64,000 nucleotides of DNA from a virus, in IMG/VR virus record IMGVR_UViG_3300032229_000533, positions 96,001-160,000 of that record, one strand, 5' to 3'. The position numbers and the translations under genes are program-made. Under the pieces are notes generated by a model. That model had not been told where the DNA came from and made no database searches. It saw nothing but the letters and a program-made list of their open reading frames with translations. Positions 30,210-39,739 of the stretch are shown here, piece after piece (the first letter of the stretch is position 1; each line of letters starts with the position of its first letter).

Positions 30210-30452
30210 TTAAAGTTTTTTATATGGGTATTTTTTTGCGATATCTGTGGTAAAGAATTTACCTTGAGATTCGGCTAATCTAAGTTTTGTGTAAACTTGG
30301 TGTGGGACACCATCGTATTTGTATTTTGCTCCGTTATTAAATTCAACAACTAAATCTTTTGTTTCAGTGTCATATTCAGTTGATTTAATGTTTGACGATT
30401 TGATTTCGTTTTTAATCTTCGTCCCAATTATCTCCTCTTTTATTATAGCCAT
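30210..30452 (-). CDS. KTSC domain protein
   Basis: SSNIKSTEYD..LVVEFNNGAKYKYDGVP..Y..L..AESQGKFF. Confidence 0.85.
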   Translation of the reverse strand: MAIIKEEIIGTKIKNEIKSSNIKSTEYDTETKDLVVEFNNGAKYKYDGVPHQVYTKLRLAESQGKFFTTDIAKKYPYKKL

Positions 30453-30744
30453 TTTTACTTAGTGGGGTTAAATCGTTTATTTTTTCCATTAATGGTTTCA
30501 TGTAGTTCACTAACTCAGTAAATGTAATATCAAAACCATAATCTTTAACTTGATTAAATAAAGCCTTTTGAGTATCCCCAAATTTGTGAAATAGTTCCAT
30601 CATCATTGGTGAATATGTTGGTGGTTTTTCCAAATCATTTTCACTAAATCCCAATCTTTGGAATTCCTGTCTTAATTCAAGATAAGTCTCAAGTAATTCT
30701 TTGGTCCCTAACGTATCATTTAAAAATTTTTCAAATGGCTTCAT
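30412..30744 (-). CDS. hypothetical protein
   Basis: 110-aa ORF with TATTTATA upstream (30748-30755). Confidence 0.6.
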   Translation of the reverse strand: MKPFEKFLNDTLGTKELLETYLELRQEFQRLGFSENDLEKPPTYSPMMMELFHKFGDTQKALFNQVKDYGFDITFTELVNYMKPLMEKINDLTPLSKNGYNKRGDNWDED

Positions 30745-30785
30745 GTATATAAATACGAAACCCCCACTAAATGTGAGGGTTTAAT

Positions 30786-31220
30786 TTAAGACTTCAATTT
30801 TTTCAACTCATCTCTAATCTCAATTGATTTTTCAAAATTTTGTTCTTCAATTGATTTTTTTAATTCTAATTCAAGTTTTTTAATTGAATCTTGATTTGTT
30901 TCATAGTTTTTAATTTCATCTCTGAGTTTTACCGCTTCTTCAAAGTTTTCATCTTCAATAGCAATTTGAAGTTTTTTCTTTAAAGCATTTAAACCAGAAC
31001 TTTTATTGGTGCCATTAGAACTATTGGTTCTAACAAAGTTGGTTATGTAAATGCTACCGTCTGGTGATGAATAGGTCTCTTTTGTCCAATCACCTAATTC
31101 GTCATTTCCTTTTTCACTTTTACTATCATTTGGCATCCCACCAAACATAGAATCGAATTGACTAAAAATTGCGTCAAAGTCTCCAAAGATGTCGTTAATG
31201 TTTTTTCTTCTTCTAAACAT
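30786..31220 (-). CDS. UVR (UvrB/UvrC motif) domain protein, candidate Clp adaptor
   Basis: Two L..AIE.ENFE.A..LRD motifs; divergent from the clpC-like gene. Confidence 0.7.
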   Translation of the reverse strand: MFRRRKNINDIFGDFDAIFSQFDSMFGGMPNDSKSEKGNDELGDWTKETYSSPDGSIYITNFVRTNSSNGTNKSSGLNALKKKLQIAIEDENFEEAVKLRDEIKNYETNQDSIKKLELELKKSIEEQNFEKSIEIRDELKKLKS

Positions 31221-31420
31221 GTTTCTTTTGTTTTTTTAATTTTATTTTATATCTTTGTAATATCAAATTTTATTCCGATGATAAATATACGTCATTTTTT
31301 CAGATAAGACAAATATTATCTGACATTATGACATACTAAAAAAATATTTATGACAATTTGTCAAATTATTTGGAGATGAACAAAATTTGTACTTACTTTG
31401 TAAACCAAAATATATAAAAT

Positions 31421-33436
31421 ATGAACGACTTAATGGACGATGACGACAAAATGATGAGTAAAAAATCAAAATCATCAACAGATACAAACACACCTGTATT
31501 AGACAACTTCAGTAGAGACTTAAATAGCTTAGCTGAGGAAGGTAAACTTGACCCTGTTATTGGTCGTGACCGAGAGATTTTGAGAATCGCTCAGATTTTA
31601 TCTCGTAGAAAGAAAAACAACCCAATTATCCTTGGTGAACCTGGTTGTGGTAAAACCGCTCTTGTTGAAGGTTTGGCGATTAAAATTGTAAACGGGGAAT
31701 GTCCTCGTAACTTGGTCGACAAACGTATTGTTAACCTTGACCTGACTTCAGTTGTTGCTGGTACAAAGTACCGTGGACAATTTGAAGAACGTATGAAAGT
31801 TATCATTGAAGAACTTCAGGCAAACCCTAACATCATCGTATTCATTGATGAGATTCACACATTGGTTGGTTCAGGGAATTCTTCAGGTTCAATGGATGGT
31901 TCAAACATATTCAAACCAGCACTTTCTCGTGGTGAACTTCAATGTATTGGAGCAACTACATTGGATGAATTCCGTAAGAACATTGAGAAAGATGGGGCAT
32001 TGGAACGTAGATTCCAAAAAGTAATTGTTGAACCATCCTCAGTTGAAGAAACAATCCAAATCCTTAAGAATGTTCGTAACAAATACGAAAACTTTCACAA
32101 GGTAAACTATAGTGATGAAGTTATTGAAACTTGTGTAAAGTTGGCTGACCGTTACATTACTGACCGTGAATTCCCTGACAAAGCGTTTGACATCTTGGAT
32201 GAGGTTGGAGCAAGAATGCAAACTGACCTAAAAGTTCCTGACATCATTGAAGAACTTAAAAAGAAAGCGGCGGACATCAAACAACAAAAAATTGATGTGG
32301 TTAAAAAACAAAACTATGAGCAGGCGGCTGAACTTCGTGATAAAGAGAAGAAATTGTTGACCAAACTTGACCAAGAAAAAATTAAGTTTGAAGAACAATT
32401 GGCTAAAGAGAAACAAACCATCCTATTGGAACACGTATACGATGTTGTTTCAAACATGACCAAAATCCCTGTTAGCAAAATGAGTGTTGATGACACCAAA
32501 GCTTTATTGGATTTGGACAAGAACTTGATTGACAAAGTTATCGGTCAAAACAACGCGGTTGTTAAGATTGCAAAATCAATCAAAAGAAACCGTTTGGGTA
32601 TTAAAGACCCTAACCGTCCAATTGGTTCATTTGTATTCTTGGGTTCAACAGGTGTTGGTAAAACATACTTGGCAAAACAATTGGCTAAGGAGATGTTTGG
32701 TTCTGAAGATTCACTTATCCGTGTGGATATGTCTGAATACCAAGAAAAACATACCGTATCTAAATTGGTTGGGGCTCCTCCAGGTTATGTTGGATACGAA
32801 GAAGGTGGATTGTTAACTGAGAAAGTTAAAAACAAACCATATTCAGTTATCTTGTTTGACGAGGTGGAAAAGGCACACAAAGATGTATTCACCATCTTAC
32901 TTCAAATCTTGGATGATGGTCACGTTACGGATAGTTTGGGTCGTAAAATCAACTTCAAAAACACGTTGATTATCTTGACATCAAACTTGGGTGTTAAAAA
33001 ACTACAGGACTTTGGAACAGGTATTGGTTTCTCTTCTAACTCTTATAGTAACGAAGAGGCTAAGAAACAAATGTTGATGAAGGAAATGAAGAATTTCTTC
33101 TCCCCTGAGTTCTTAAACCGTATTGATGATACGATTGTATTTAATTCATTGTCTCAAGAAGATATTAAAAAAATTACAGATATTGAATTGAAGAAATTGG
33201 TGTCTCGTCTTGTTGATATGAAATACAACATTACTTATGATGAATCATTGGTTGAGTATTTGTCTAAGATTGGATTTGACGAATTGTACGGAGCTCGTCC
33301 ATTGAAAAGAGCTATTCAAGATAAGGTTGAAGACCTATTGTCTGAAGAAGTTCTAACAGGTAAGATGATTGAGGGTAAAACCTATCTTATCAAAGTGGTG
33401 GATGAAAATGTGGTGGTCCAAAAGAAAGGACGATAA
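31421..33436 (+). CDS. clpC: ClpC-like Hsp100 AAA+ ATPase lacking the N-terminal domain
   Basis: D1 GEPGCGKT/IDEIH, UVR-like M-domain NYEQAAELRD, D2 GSTGVGKT/FDEVEK, ClpP-docking IGF loop (TGIGF). Confidence 0.88.
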   Translation: MNDLMDDDDKMMSKKSKSSTDTNTPVLDNFSRDLNSLAEEGKLDPVIGRDREILRIAQILSRRKKNNPIILGEPGCGKTALVEGLAIKIVNGECPRNLVDKRIVNLDLTSVVAGTKYRGQFEERMKVIIEELQANPNIIVFIDEIHTLVGSGNSSGSMDGSNIFKPALSRGELQCIGATTLDEFRKNIEKDGALERRFQKVIVEPSSVEETIQILKNVRNKYENFHKVNYSDEVIETCVKLADRYITDREFPDKAFDILDEVGARMQTDLKVPDIIEELKKKAADIKQQKIDVVKKQNYEQAAELRDKEKKLLTKLDQEKIKFEEQLAKEKQTILLEHVYDVVSNMTKIPVSKMSVDDTKALLDLDKNLIDKVIGQNNAVVKIAKSIKRNRLGIKDPNRPIGSFVFLGSTGVGKTYLAKQLAKEMFGSEDSLIRVDMSEYQEKHTVSKLVGAPPGYVGYEEGGLLTEKVKNKPYSVILFDEVEKAHKDVFTILLQILDDGHVTDSLGRKINFKNTLIILTSNLGVKKLQDFGTGIGFSSNSYSNEEAKKQMLMKEMKNFFSPEFLNRIDDTIVFNSLSQEDIKKITDIELKKLVSRLVDMKYNITYDESLVEYLSKIGFDELYGARPLKRAIQDKVEDLLSEEVLTGKMIEGKTYLIKVVDENVVVQKKGR

Positions 33437-33438
33437 TT

Positions 33439-33466
33439 AAAGGGGGATTTATTCCCCCTTTTTTTA
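33439..33466 (+). terminator. intrinsic terminator
   Basis: AGGGGGA/TCCCCCT stem followed by a T-tract. Confidence 0.8.
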
Positions 33467-33479
33467 TATTTATTATTTG

Positions 33480-34244
33480 ATGAAAGAACTAATCAGAAAA
33501 ATATTGTTAGAAGCTGTTAAAGACGGTAAGGTTATCTGTGATAAATGTGGATGGTCTTGGGACATTTCTGATGGTGGTGATGACCTATATATGTGTCATA
33601 AGTGTGGTCATGATAACACACCCAAATCTCAATCTAACTTAAATAGATTATTGGAAAAATTCAAAATGAATTTTCCTGAAGAGTTAAGACCAAAGGTTGA
33701 TATTATAGAAAAATTTGTGGTCAATTATATTCAGGACCATAATTTTACAGTTAAGTTTCTTAACTCATGTTCTACAGGGTTTGCTGGTGTTAGAACAAAA
33801 GAACAAATCATTATTTGTTCACCAAATTCAATGTCAACTCTTGGTGATTTTATTTACACCATATTCCATGAAATAAGGCATGAGGAACAAATAGATAAAA
33901 ATAGAATGGGATTAGATAATCCATTAACCGATTACGATTTAGATGATTTTGAAACATTATCTCAAAAATATTGGGAGTTAGAACTGGATGCCGACAGATT
34001 TGGAAAAGAAATGATTGCCAAACTTATTATTAAACTTGGGTTACCTATGGAAGTCGCAAAACAAAATTTAAGTTTATCTCAATATATTCAAAATTATCCT
34101 TTGGCGTCAAAAATGATTATGATGTCTTTACAACAAATTGTTAACGGAATTAAAGACATAAAAAAATCGGGTGGAGAATTTTCTGATATTCAAGACCACC
34201 CGATTGTTAAAAGACATTTAGATAAGTTGGAAAACTTGATTTAA
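33480..34244 (+). CDS. zinc-ribbon plus HExxH metallopeptidase-like protein
   Basis: CDKCGW..CHKCGH; FHEIRHEEQ; ELDAD. Confidence 0.55.
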   Translation: MKELIRKILLEAVKDGKVICDKCGWSWDISDGGDDLYMCHKCGHDNTPKSQSNLNRLLEKFKMNFPEELRPKVDIIEKFVVNYIQDHNFTVKFLNSCSTGFAGVRTKEQIIICSPNSMSTLGDFIYTIFHEIRHEEQIDKNRMGLDNPLTDYDLDDFETLSQKYWELELDADRFGKEMIAKLIIKLGLPMEVAKQNLSLSQYIQNYPLASKMIMMSLQQIVNGIKDIKKSGGEFSDIQDHPIVKRHLDKLENLI

Positions 34245-35080
34245 AAAACACTTCTTGTTCTCCAATCGTATTGCATTGACTTTTTGTAGTGTAATTTGTT
34301 TCCAAGATTTTCAATCATTTTTTTACCCATATCAATTCCGTTAAAAACATCTTCAACAACCACATACTCATGTTTTGTATGATAGTGGTAATATCCAATT
34401 GAAATATTGATACAAGAGAAGTTAAACTTACCTCTTAAAGCGTATACGTCAGTATAAGGATGAACCATGTATTCCATGTAGTTTTGGTCCATTCCTTCAG
34501 TCAATACTTTATCACAAGACTCAAAGAATTCTGAATCTCTGTCAAATAAAACTTGACCAAAACATCTTTCTGTTACCATCCAATTCTCAGGTGCGTCAAA
34601 TTGAATTCCATACCCAACATTTGTAAAGAATTCTTCACTTGCTTTAAGTGAACCATGACAACCTGTTTCTTCAGATACGAAAAAGGCTGCTTTAACATTT
34701 GGTAATTCTTGTAGTAAAGTTAAACAAGCGAAAACACCGCATTTATCATCACCACCAATACCAGTTGGGTTTCCTTGGTCGTTATACGCTTTGTAAGATA
34801 GTTTTTTCTCTCCTTGAGCATTATCCAACATTTCTTCACTAATGTTAATTGTGTCAATGTTGTGAACTGTGTCGGTATGGGAAATAACACATGGAAAATA
34901 AAAATCTTCAGGTAATTCTGATGATTCTTGTTTTGTTGCGTAAACGTTATTGTATTCATCAACAAAATGTGGAATATTATTTTCGGTTAACCAATTAACC
35001 AAAAACGCAACCATTCTTTCTTCTTGATATGTCTTAGTTGGAACGCTTAATACGTCCTTTAGTAGTTGTAAATTATTCAT
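34241..35080 (-). CDS. M20/M28-family metallopeptidase
   Basis: SHTDTVH, GGDDKCG, SEETGCHGS, YHTKHE. Confidence 0.75.
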   Translation of the reverse strand: MNNLQLLKDVLSVPTKTYQEERMVAFLVNWLTENNIPHFVDEYNNVYATKQESSELPEDFYFPCVISHTDTVHNIDTINISEEMLDNAQGEKKLSYKAYNDQGNPTGIGGDDKCGVFACLTLLQELPNVKAAFFVSEETGCHGSLKASEEFFTNVGYGIQFDAPENWMVTERCFGQVLFDRDSEFFESCDKVLTEGMDQNYMEYMVHPYTDVYALRGKFNFSCINISIGYYHYHTKHEYVVVEDVFNGIDMGKKMIENLGNKLHYKKSMQYDWRTRSVF

Positions 35081-35104
35081 GAAGCAAATATAAGAAATTT
35101 ATTC

Positions 35105-36919
35105 TTAAACTTCAAACAAATCAAATAATTGTGGTGAATATAATAAATTGTTGAAATTTTCTTCGGACAATTTTAATCTACGCATACCCTTGGATTGCTT
35201 TTCAAGCATAATAGTAAGTTTCATATCTTCTCGGTCAAATCCTTCAACTTTAAATGAAACATTCTTATCAATAGGTAATTTATTCCATCTATTTAATCCA
35301 AATTTTTTAACAATTCTATTTCTAAACGCTAAAAACTCTTTAATTTTTTCTCCGCCAGCATCTTCATCCTCATCAAGTTTTTCTAAAATTTTTTCAAATC
35401 GTCTTTCAACAACATTATTGAATGCATTTGAATCAAAATTATCATAATCTTGGTATTCATATGAATTTTCTTGCCAACCACCTAATCGTCCTGTACCTGA
35501 ATATTCAACAATTTGATTAAACAAAGAGATTGCATCTATTTTTGGTAATTGTAATCTTGTTGACCACATTAATAAGTTGGCTGCGGTTGTTGCAATTTGG
35601 TCATAATCTCTAACAAGTGTAAACCCAATTGACTCTAAAAAATTGTTAACTTCGTTCTCAATTGAATTTCTTGCGGTTGTTAACATCTCACTATTCTTTT
35701 CGGATGCATAATCACCAAGAATCCAATCCATTTCATCTTCAAATAAACTTAATAATGTTTCTGATAATTTAACTTTATAATCATCATTATCTAAATTAAA
35801 TTCTTTTTCAGGTAATATTAATTCGGCAATTTCTTTTAACTTTTCCTTATTTTCTTCATTAAGCTCACCATAGACTACATAACCTTGTTTAAAATCATCT
35901 TCAACAGTATATGAATCCATAAATTCATAACTACCATAAGTTGAATTAATGGCATTTAAAAACCATTGGTCATCTTCAGATATATCTAAAGTTTTAAAAA
36001 ACTTGTCGTCTTCATCAAAATCAATTACAATAGTACTTTGACCTAATGGGTCTGAAGGTTTAACTTTAAGTATGGCATCGTCAGAATCCTCCAATTCACG
36101 ATAATCAATTTTACCTCTGGTAAATGCTCTAAGGGCTTTAATAAATTCACCTGAACCTATTAATTCATCAATTAAGTCATTTTGATTTGGGAACGTTTCT
36201 CTTAAGTCTTCCAAAGAGACCAATCTATCTTGAGCGTTATAAACTTCGGTTTTTCTATCTTCCGTGTTTCTATACAACGCCATTTTGGTATTTTCTTTTT
36301 TCTTAATGAAATAATATAACAAACCTGTTTTAATGTATTTTTCAAAATACCCTGAACTACCAGAACTAGCGGTACACCATTTGGTGTTTGCGCCATAATA
36401 ACAAGATGCCGCATGAGATTTTGGTCTAATAACCAAAACGTCATCATCTTCATATAATCTTTCTGCTTGAGATTTTAACTCTCTTTCTTTTTCTCTTTCA
36501 GTTTTCTTACTATCAACAACCTCCATCAAAGTTCTAATAAACTCAGGATTTTCATATTGGTTAATATCTTTAAATGACTTGGCAATTCCCACAATGTTTG
36601 GAACTACCACGTTTCTTTCCCTAAAAATTGTTTCAGCTTTCCAAATATCGTCTTCAGTTATTCTATTAACATTATTGTGGAACCATGGAATAACCATACT
36701 CAAAATGTCTCTAATTGCATCTTGTTGTGTGATATTAAGACCACCTCTTTGTCCTGCAAGTTGCGGGATAATCTTTTCTAATTGTTTACCAATATAGTCA
36801 ACGTATTTGTATCCTGTTGGGTCTACAGATAGCATACGGTCAATAAATGTACCATCATACTCAAACCTCTGTTTTAGACGTTTTGCAACATCTTCTTTTC
36901 TACCTTCTATTATTATCAC
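35105..36919 (-). CDS. hypothetical late protein with YG.xTxWCT domain (paralog 1)
   Basis: ASCYYGANTKWCTAS, LYYFI; N-terminus IIE-GRKED. Confidence 0.65.
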   Translation of the reverse strand: MIIIEGRKEDVAKRLKQRFEYDGTFIDRMLSVDPTGYKYVDYIGKQLEKIIPQLAGQRGGLNITQQDAIRDILSMVIPWFHNNVNRITEDDIWKAETIFRERNVVVPNIVGIAKSFKDINQYENPEFIRTLMEVVDSKKTEREKERELKSQAERLYEDDDVLVIRPKSHAASCYYGANTKWCTASSGSSGYFEKYIKTGLLYYFIKKKENTKMALYRNTEDRKTEVYNAQDRLVSLEDLRETFPNQNDLIDELIGSGEFIKALRAFTRGKIDYRELEDSDDAILKVKPSDPLGQSTIVIDFDEDDKFFKTLDISEDDQWFLNAINSTYGSYEFMDSYTVEDDFKQGYVVYGELNEENKEKLKEIAELILPEKEFNLDNDDYKVKLSETLLSLFEDEMDWILGDYASEKNSEMLTTARNSIENEVNNFLESIGFTLVRDYDQIATTAANLLMWSTRLQLPKIDAISLFNQIVEYSGTGRLGGWQENSYEYQDYDNFDSNAFNNVVERRFEKILEKLDEDEDAGGEKIKEFLAFRNRIVKKFGLNRWNKLPIDKNVSFKVEGFDREDMKLTIMLEKQSKGMRRLKLSEENFNNLLYSPQLFDLFEV

Positions 36920-36962
36920 CGTTGATTTTTATTATAAATACCAATTTTGTTTGGAATTTCCA

Positions 36963-36980
36963 TATTTATTCTTACCTTTG
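36963..36980 (+). promoter_or_regulatory. tandem late (TATTTAT) and Bacteroidetes-type (TACCTTTG) promoter motifs upstream of tmRNA
   Basis: TATTTAT at 36963-36969; TACCTTTG at 36973-36980. Confidence 0.55.
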
Positions 36981-37086
36981 TATAAGAAATCACGGGTGAC
37001 TCCCTTAATAGTTAAGGCTGACCTTAAGCATCTGACGTATGTCTATACAGGGGGTGAAAGTGATTTTTTATCGTTCTTAAAATTAT

Positions 37087-37468
37087 GGGGGTGCATGGTA
37101 TTGATTGGCATTGTTGGGGATAAGTGGCACGTCGGAGCTGAATTAACTTCGTTATCAACTGGTTTAAACAATCAAATGGCAATACTTTTGCTAAGCTTGC
37201 GGCTTTAGGTCTTACTAAAGAAGAAGCTGTTGTTACTATCTAAGATAGGGAACAACAACGGGGTCGGTGAACATTAACCTAGCAACAGAAGTTCTTACAA
37301 AGGTGGAAAAATGACTAAACCCAAAATTGAGTCGTCCATTGGTTATTAGTTTACGATGGTGAAGAACAAACTGAATATTTTGGAACATTAGAAAATGTTA
37401 TCCTAAACGTGTAGTCATTTATTGTCAAAATGAGCAAGACGAGGGTTCGAATCCCTCCACCTCCACCA
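37087..37468 (+). ncRNA. ssrA: tmRNA
   Basis: GGGGGTG/CACCTCC acceptor stem with G3.U wobble, GAGGG-TTCGAAT-CCCTC T-arm, ACCA end, 382 nt, internal tag ORF 37178-37243. Confidence 0.93.
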
Positions 37469-37470
37469 AA

Positions 37471-37500
37471 TTAAGGGTTCCAAAACGGAACCCTTTTTTT
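37471..37500 (+). terminator. intrinsic terminator after tmRNA
   Basis: AAGGGTTCC/GGAACCCTT stem plus T-tract. Confidence 0.85.
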
Positions 37501-37527
37501 ATTTATATTCTTTTATATATTTTAAAA

Positions 37528-37911
37528 ATGGGAACAAATTGTAATATATGTAGTACTAATTGTTTTGGTAGAGAAGGTTACCATGGTAGTTGTTGTACTT
37601 TAGAAGATAGAGATTGGATTATAGGTCCTCACAACGACACTAAAGAATTTACTGAAAGATTATCATCAAAATTAGGTAGAGAAATTCAAGAAGAAGAAAT
37701 CTTTATAAATTACGATGAAGGGAGTAAATTATTTCCAAATAAATCAACTTGGCAAAATCCTAAATCTTACCCTGCATTGAGAGTGGATTTTTTTCACCCA
37801 AGACTCCCATGTATTTTTTACAACACAAAAATCAAAGCATGTACAATGTATGATATTCGTCCTAATACTTGTGAAAGATACGAATGTGATTACTTGGCAA
37901 ATAATACATAA
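37528..37911 (+). CDS. YkgJ-family (CxxCxxCC) putative Zn/Fe-chelating protein
   Basis: CNICSTNC..SCC..CIFY..CTMYDIRPNTCERYEC. Confidence 0.75.
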   Translation: MGTNCNICSTNCFGREGYHGSCCTLEDRDWIIGPHNDTKEFTERLSSKLGREIQEEEIFINYDEGSKLFPNKSTWQNPKSYPALRVDFFHPRLPCIFYNTKIKACTMYDIRPNTCERYECDYLANNT

Positions 37912-37935
37912 CCAATTACCAATATATTTATTTGT

Positions 37936-39444
37936 ATGAGATTAGCGCCAATCCTTATACAAGAGGGTCGTAAAGAAGATTTACGTAAAAAATACACTGA
38001 AAAATTCAAAGAATATCCAGAAAACTTGGATTTTATTTTAGGTATTGCCGATTTAGCCGATACTAATTTTAAGTACGGTGATTTTGTATTAAAAAATACA
38101 CATCCAAATGCATCACCAGAAGAAGTTGAACACATTATAGACCTTGTTAAAGATTTTGACAGATTTCAACAAGCCTTAGAAGTTAAAGATATAAACAAGT
38201 ATAATCTTTATCAGTTATCAAACGCATTAGACAAACACAAAGACACTTCAAAGTCACAACAAAAAAAATCATTTGACACATCAGGCGCCAAAAAAATATT
38301 TGAAGATAAAAATATTTTAATTGTTAGACCTTTAACTTACGAAGCATCTTGTAAATATGGTTCAGGGACTAGATGGTGTACCACAATGGCGGGTCAACCA
38401 TCTTATTTCAAAAATCATACCTCAGAAGACCAAGCATTATATTACATTATTCTTAAAAACTTTAACCGAGACAACAAGTTTTACAAAATAGCAATACATA
38501 AGACACCAAATACTGAAACTTGGTATGATTCTTCAGATGAAAGAATGTCGGAAAGAGAAAAAGAAGTTTTTAACTTAGGTGCTCCAAAAGTAATTGAAAC
38601 CATTAAAAACGATTATTCAGAATACATTAAAGAAAGAGGGCAATCATTTTTCAAAAAACTATTTGATTTTAATAATTACAAATTTGAAGATGTATCGTCG
38701 GCATTCAAAGGAACAAAAAATAAAATCGGTCTTGAGTTTCAAAAACCAGATATAGTTCCTGATATGCCAGGCCACGCAACAATGGAATTGAATATTTCTG
38801 TGGATGAGGAAAATATAGACCAATATTTAGTTATGATTACTTATGATGTTGGTAATAAAATCAATTTTGATATTGGATATTCAGGTGATAATTTTGAAAT
38901 TGAGCCTGAATTTGATTTTGGTATAGAAAACGTATCAACTCGTTTCCAAATACCTGTAGGGTTTTTAACCAATCCATCTAATGAAAACATTAAATCATTC
39001 TTCAATGAACTTTGTTGGACAATCTCAAAACAAATTGTTTATAGAATGAAAAACAATAGTGAGTTCATGTCATCTATTCACGGTGGAAACGCTGTATGGT
39101 TACCAAATAGAATGAGTTATGGGTACACTTTCAAAAGAAAAGATTCTGGTTTAATTAAAAAACTTGTTGATTATTTAGATTCTAATAAAAAAGGAACAAA
39201 ATTAGATTTTTTAGTTGATATCGGTTCTTTAGAAAAGAAAGATATTAACGGAAAACCGTTCTTTTCAAGAAAAAATGCAAATGATTGGCAGATACCGTCA
39301 GCTTATAGAGGTCAATATAGCGGTCTGTTTAATTCAGCAAAACTTGCAGGTATATTAGATTACGACAAAAAAGGTAATCAGTTTTATTTGAAAAAAGGTC
39401 CGAATTTTGAAGCGTTTAAGTCAGGACAATTAAGTGCACTTTAA
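37936..39444 (+). CDS. hypothetical late protein with YG.xTxWCT domain (paralog 2)
   Basis: ASCKYGSGTRWCTT, LYYII; N-terminus IQE-GRKED. Confidence 0.65.
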   Translation: MRLAPILIQEGRKEDLRKKYTEKFKEYPENLDFILGIADLADTNFKYGDFVLKNTHPNASPEEVEHIIDLVKDFDRFQQALEVKDINKYNLYQLSNALDKHKDTSKSQQKKSFDTSGAKKIFEDKNILIVRPLTYEASCKYGSGTRWCTTMAGQPSYFKNHTSEDQALYYIILKNFNRDNKFYKIAIHKTPNTETWYDSSDERMSEREKEVFNLGAPKVIETIKNDYSEYIKERGQSFFKKLFDFNNYKFEDVSSAFKGTKNKIGLEFQKPDIVPDMPGHATMELNISVDEENIDQYLVMITYDVGNKINFDIGYSGDNFEIEPEFDFGIENVSTRFQIPVGFLTNPSNENIKSFFNELCWTISKQIVYRMKNNSEFMSSIHGGNAVWLPNRMSYGYTFKRKDSGLIKKLVDYLDSNKKGTKLDFLVDIGSLEKKDINGKPFFSRKNANDWQIPSAYRGQYSGLFNSAKLAGILDYDKKGNQFYLKKGPNFEAFKSGQLSAL

Positions 39445-39665
39445 GCTTTTTTAGATAATCTGCGAAAGTAGATATATAATCCAAAAAATACTGCCGCAAC
39501 ACAATACAACACGAAGTTGGCTTTCCATAAACTTCCTGTCCATAATATTAGTCCATACTGAACAGCATCGAACCCAAAAGGATTGAAGAATAGAGCTATC
39601 ATTAAAAATAGTTGGGATAAGTTGTCTTGGAATATTCTTCTCCAAGTTCTGTTTTCTACTGTCAT
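39441..39665 (-). CDS. small membrane protein
   Basis: Two hydrophobic segments; NPFGFD motif. Confidence 0.55.
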   Translation of the reverse strand: MTVENRTWRRIFQDNLSQLFLMIALFFNPFGFDAVQYGLILWTGSLWKANFVLYCVAAVFFGLYIYFRRLSKKA

Positions 39666-39739
39666 CTTCCATATATTACCGTTAAAAGTTTATGCCCAAT
39701 GGACTTGGTAATCCATAATAAATATACTATATTTGCGTA

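Noticed and set aside
31421-33436. ClpB disaggregase call
   Set aside because: The short UVR-type M-domain and the IGF loop indicate a ClpP partner (ClpC-like).
36988-37065. TPP riboswitch (GGGTG..GCTGA..CTGA..AGGG in order)
   Set aside because: Lacks the ATACCC partner of GGGTG and the CTGAGA/TAAT core; there is no thiamine gene downstream.
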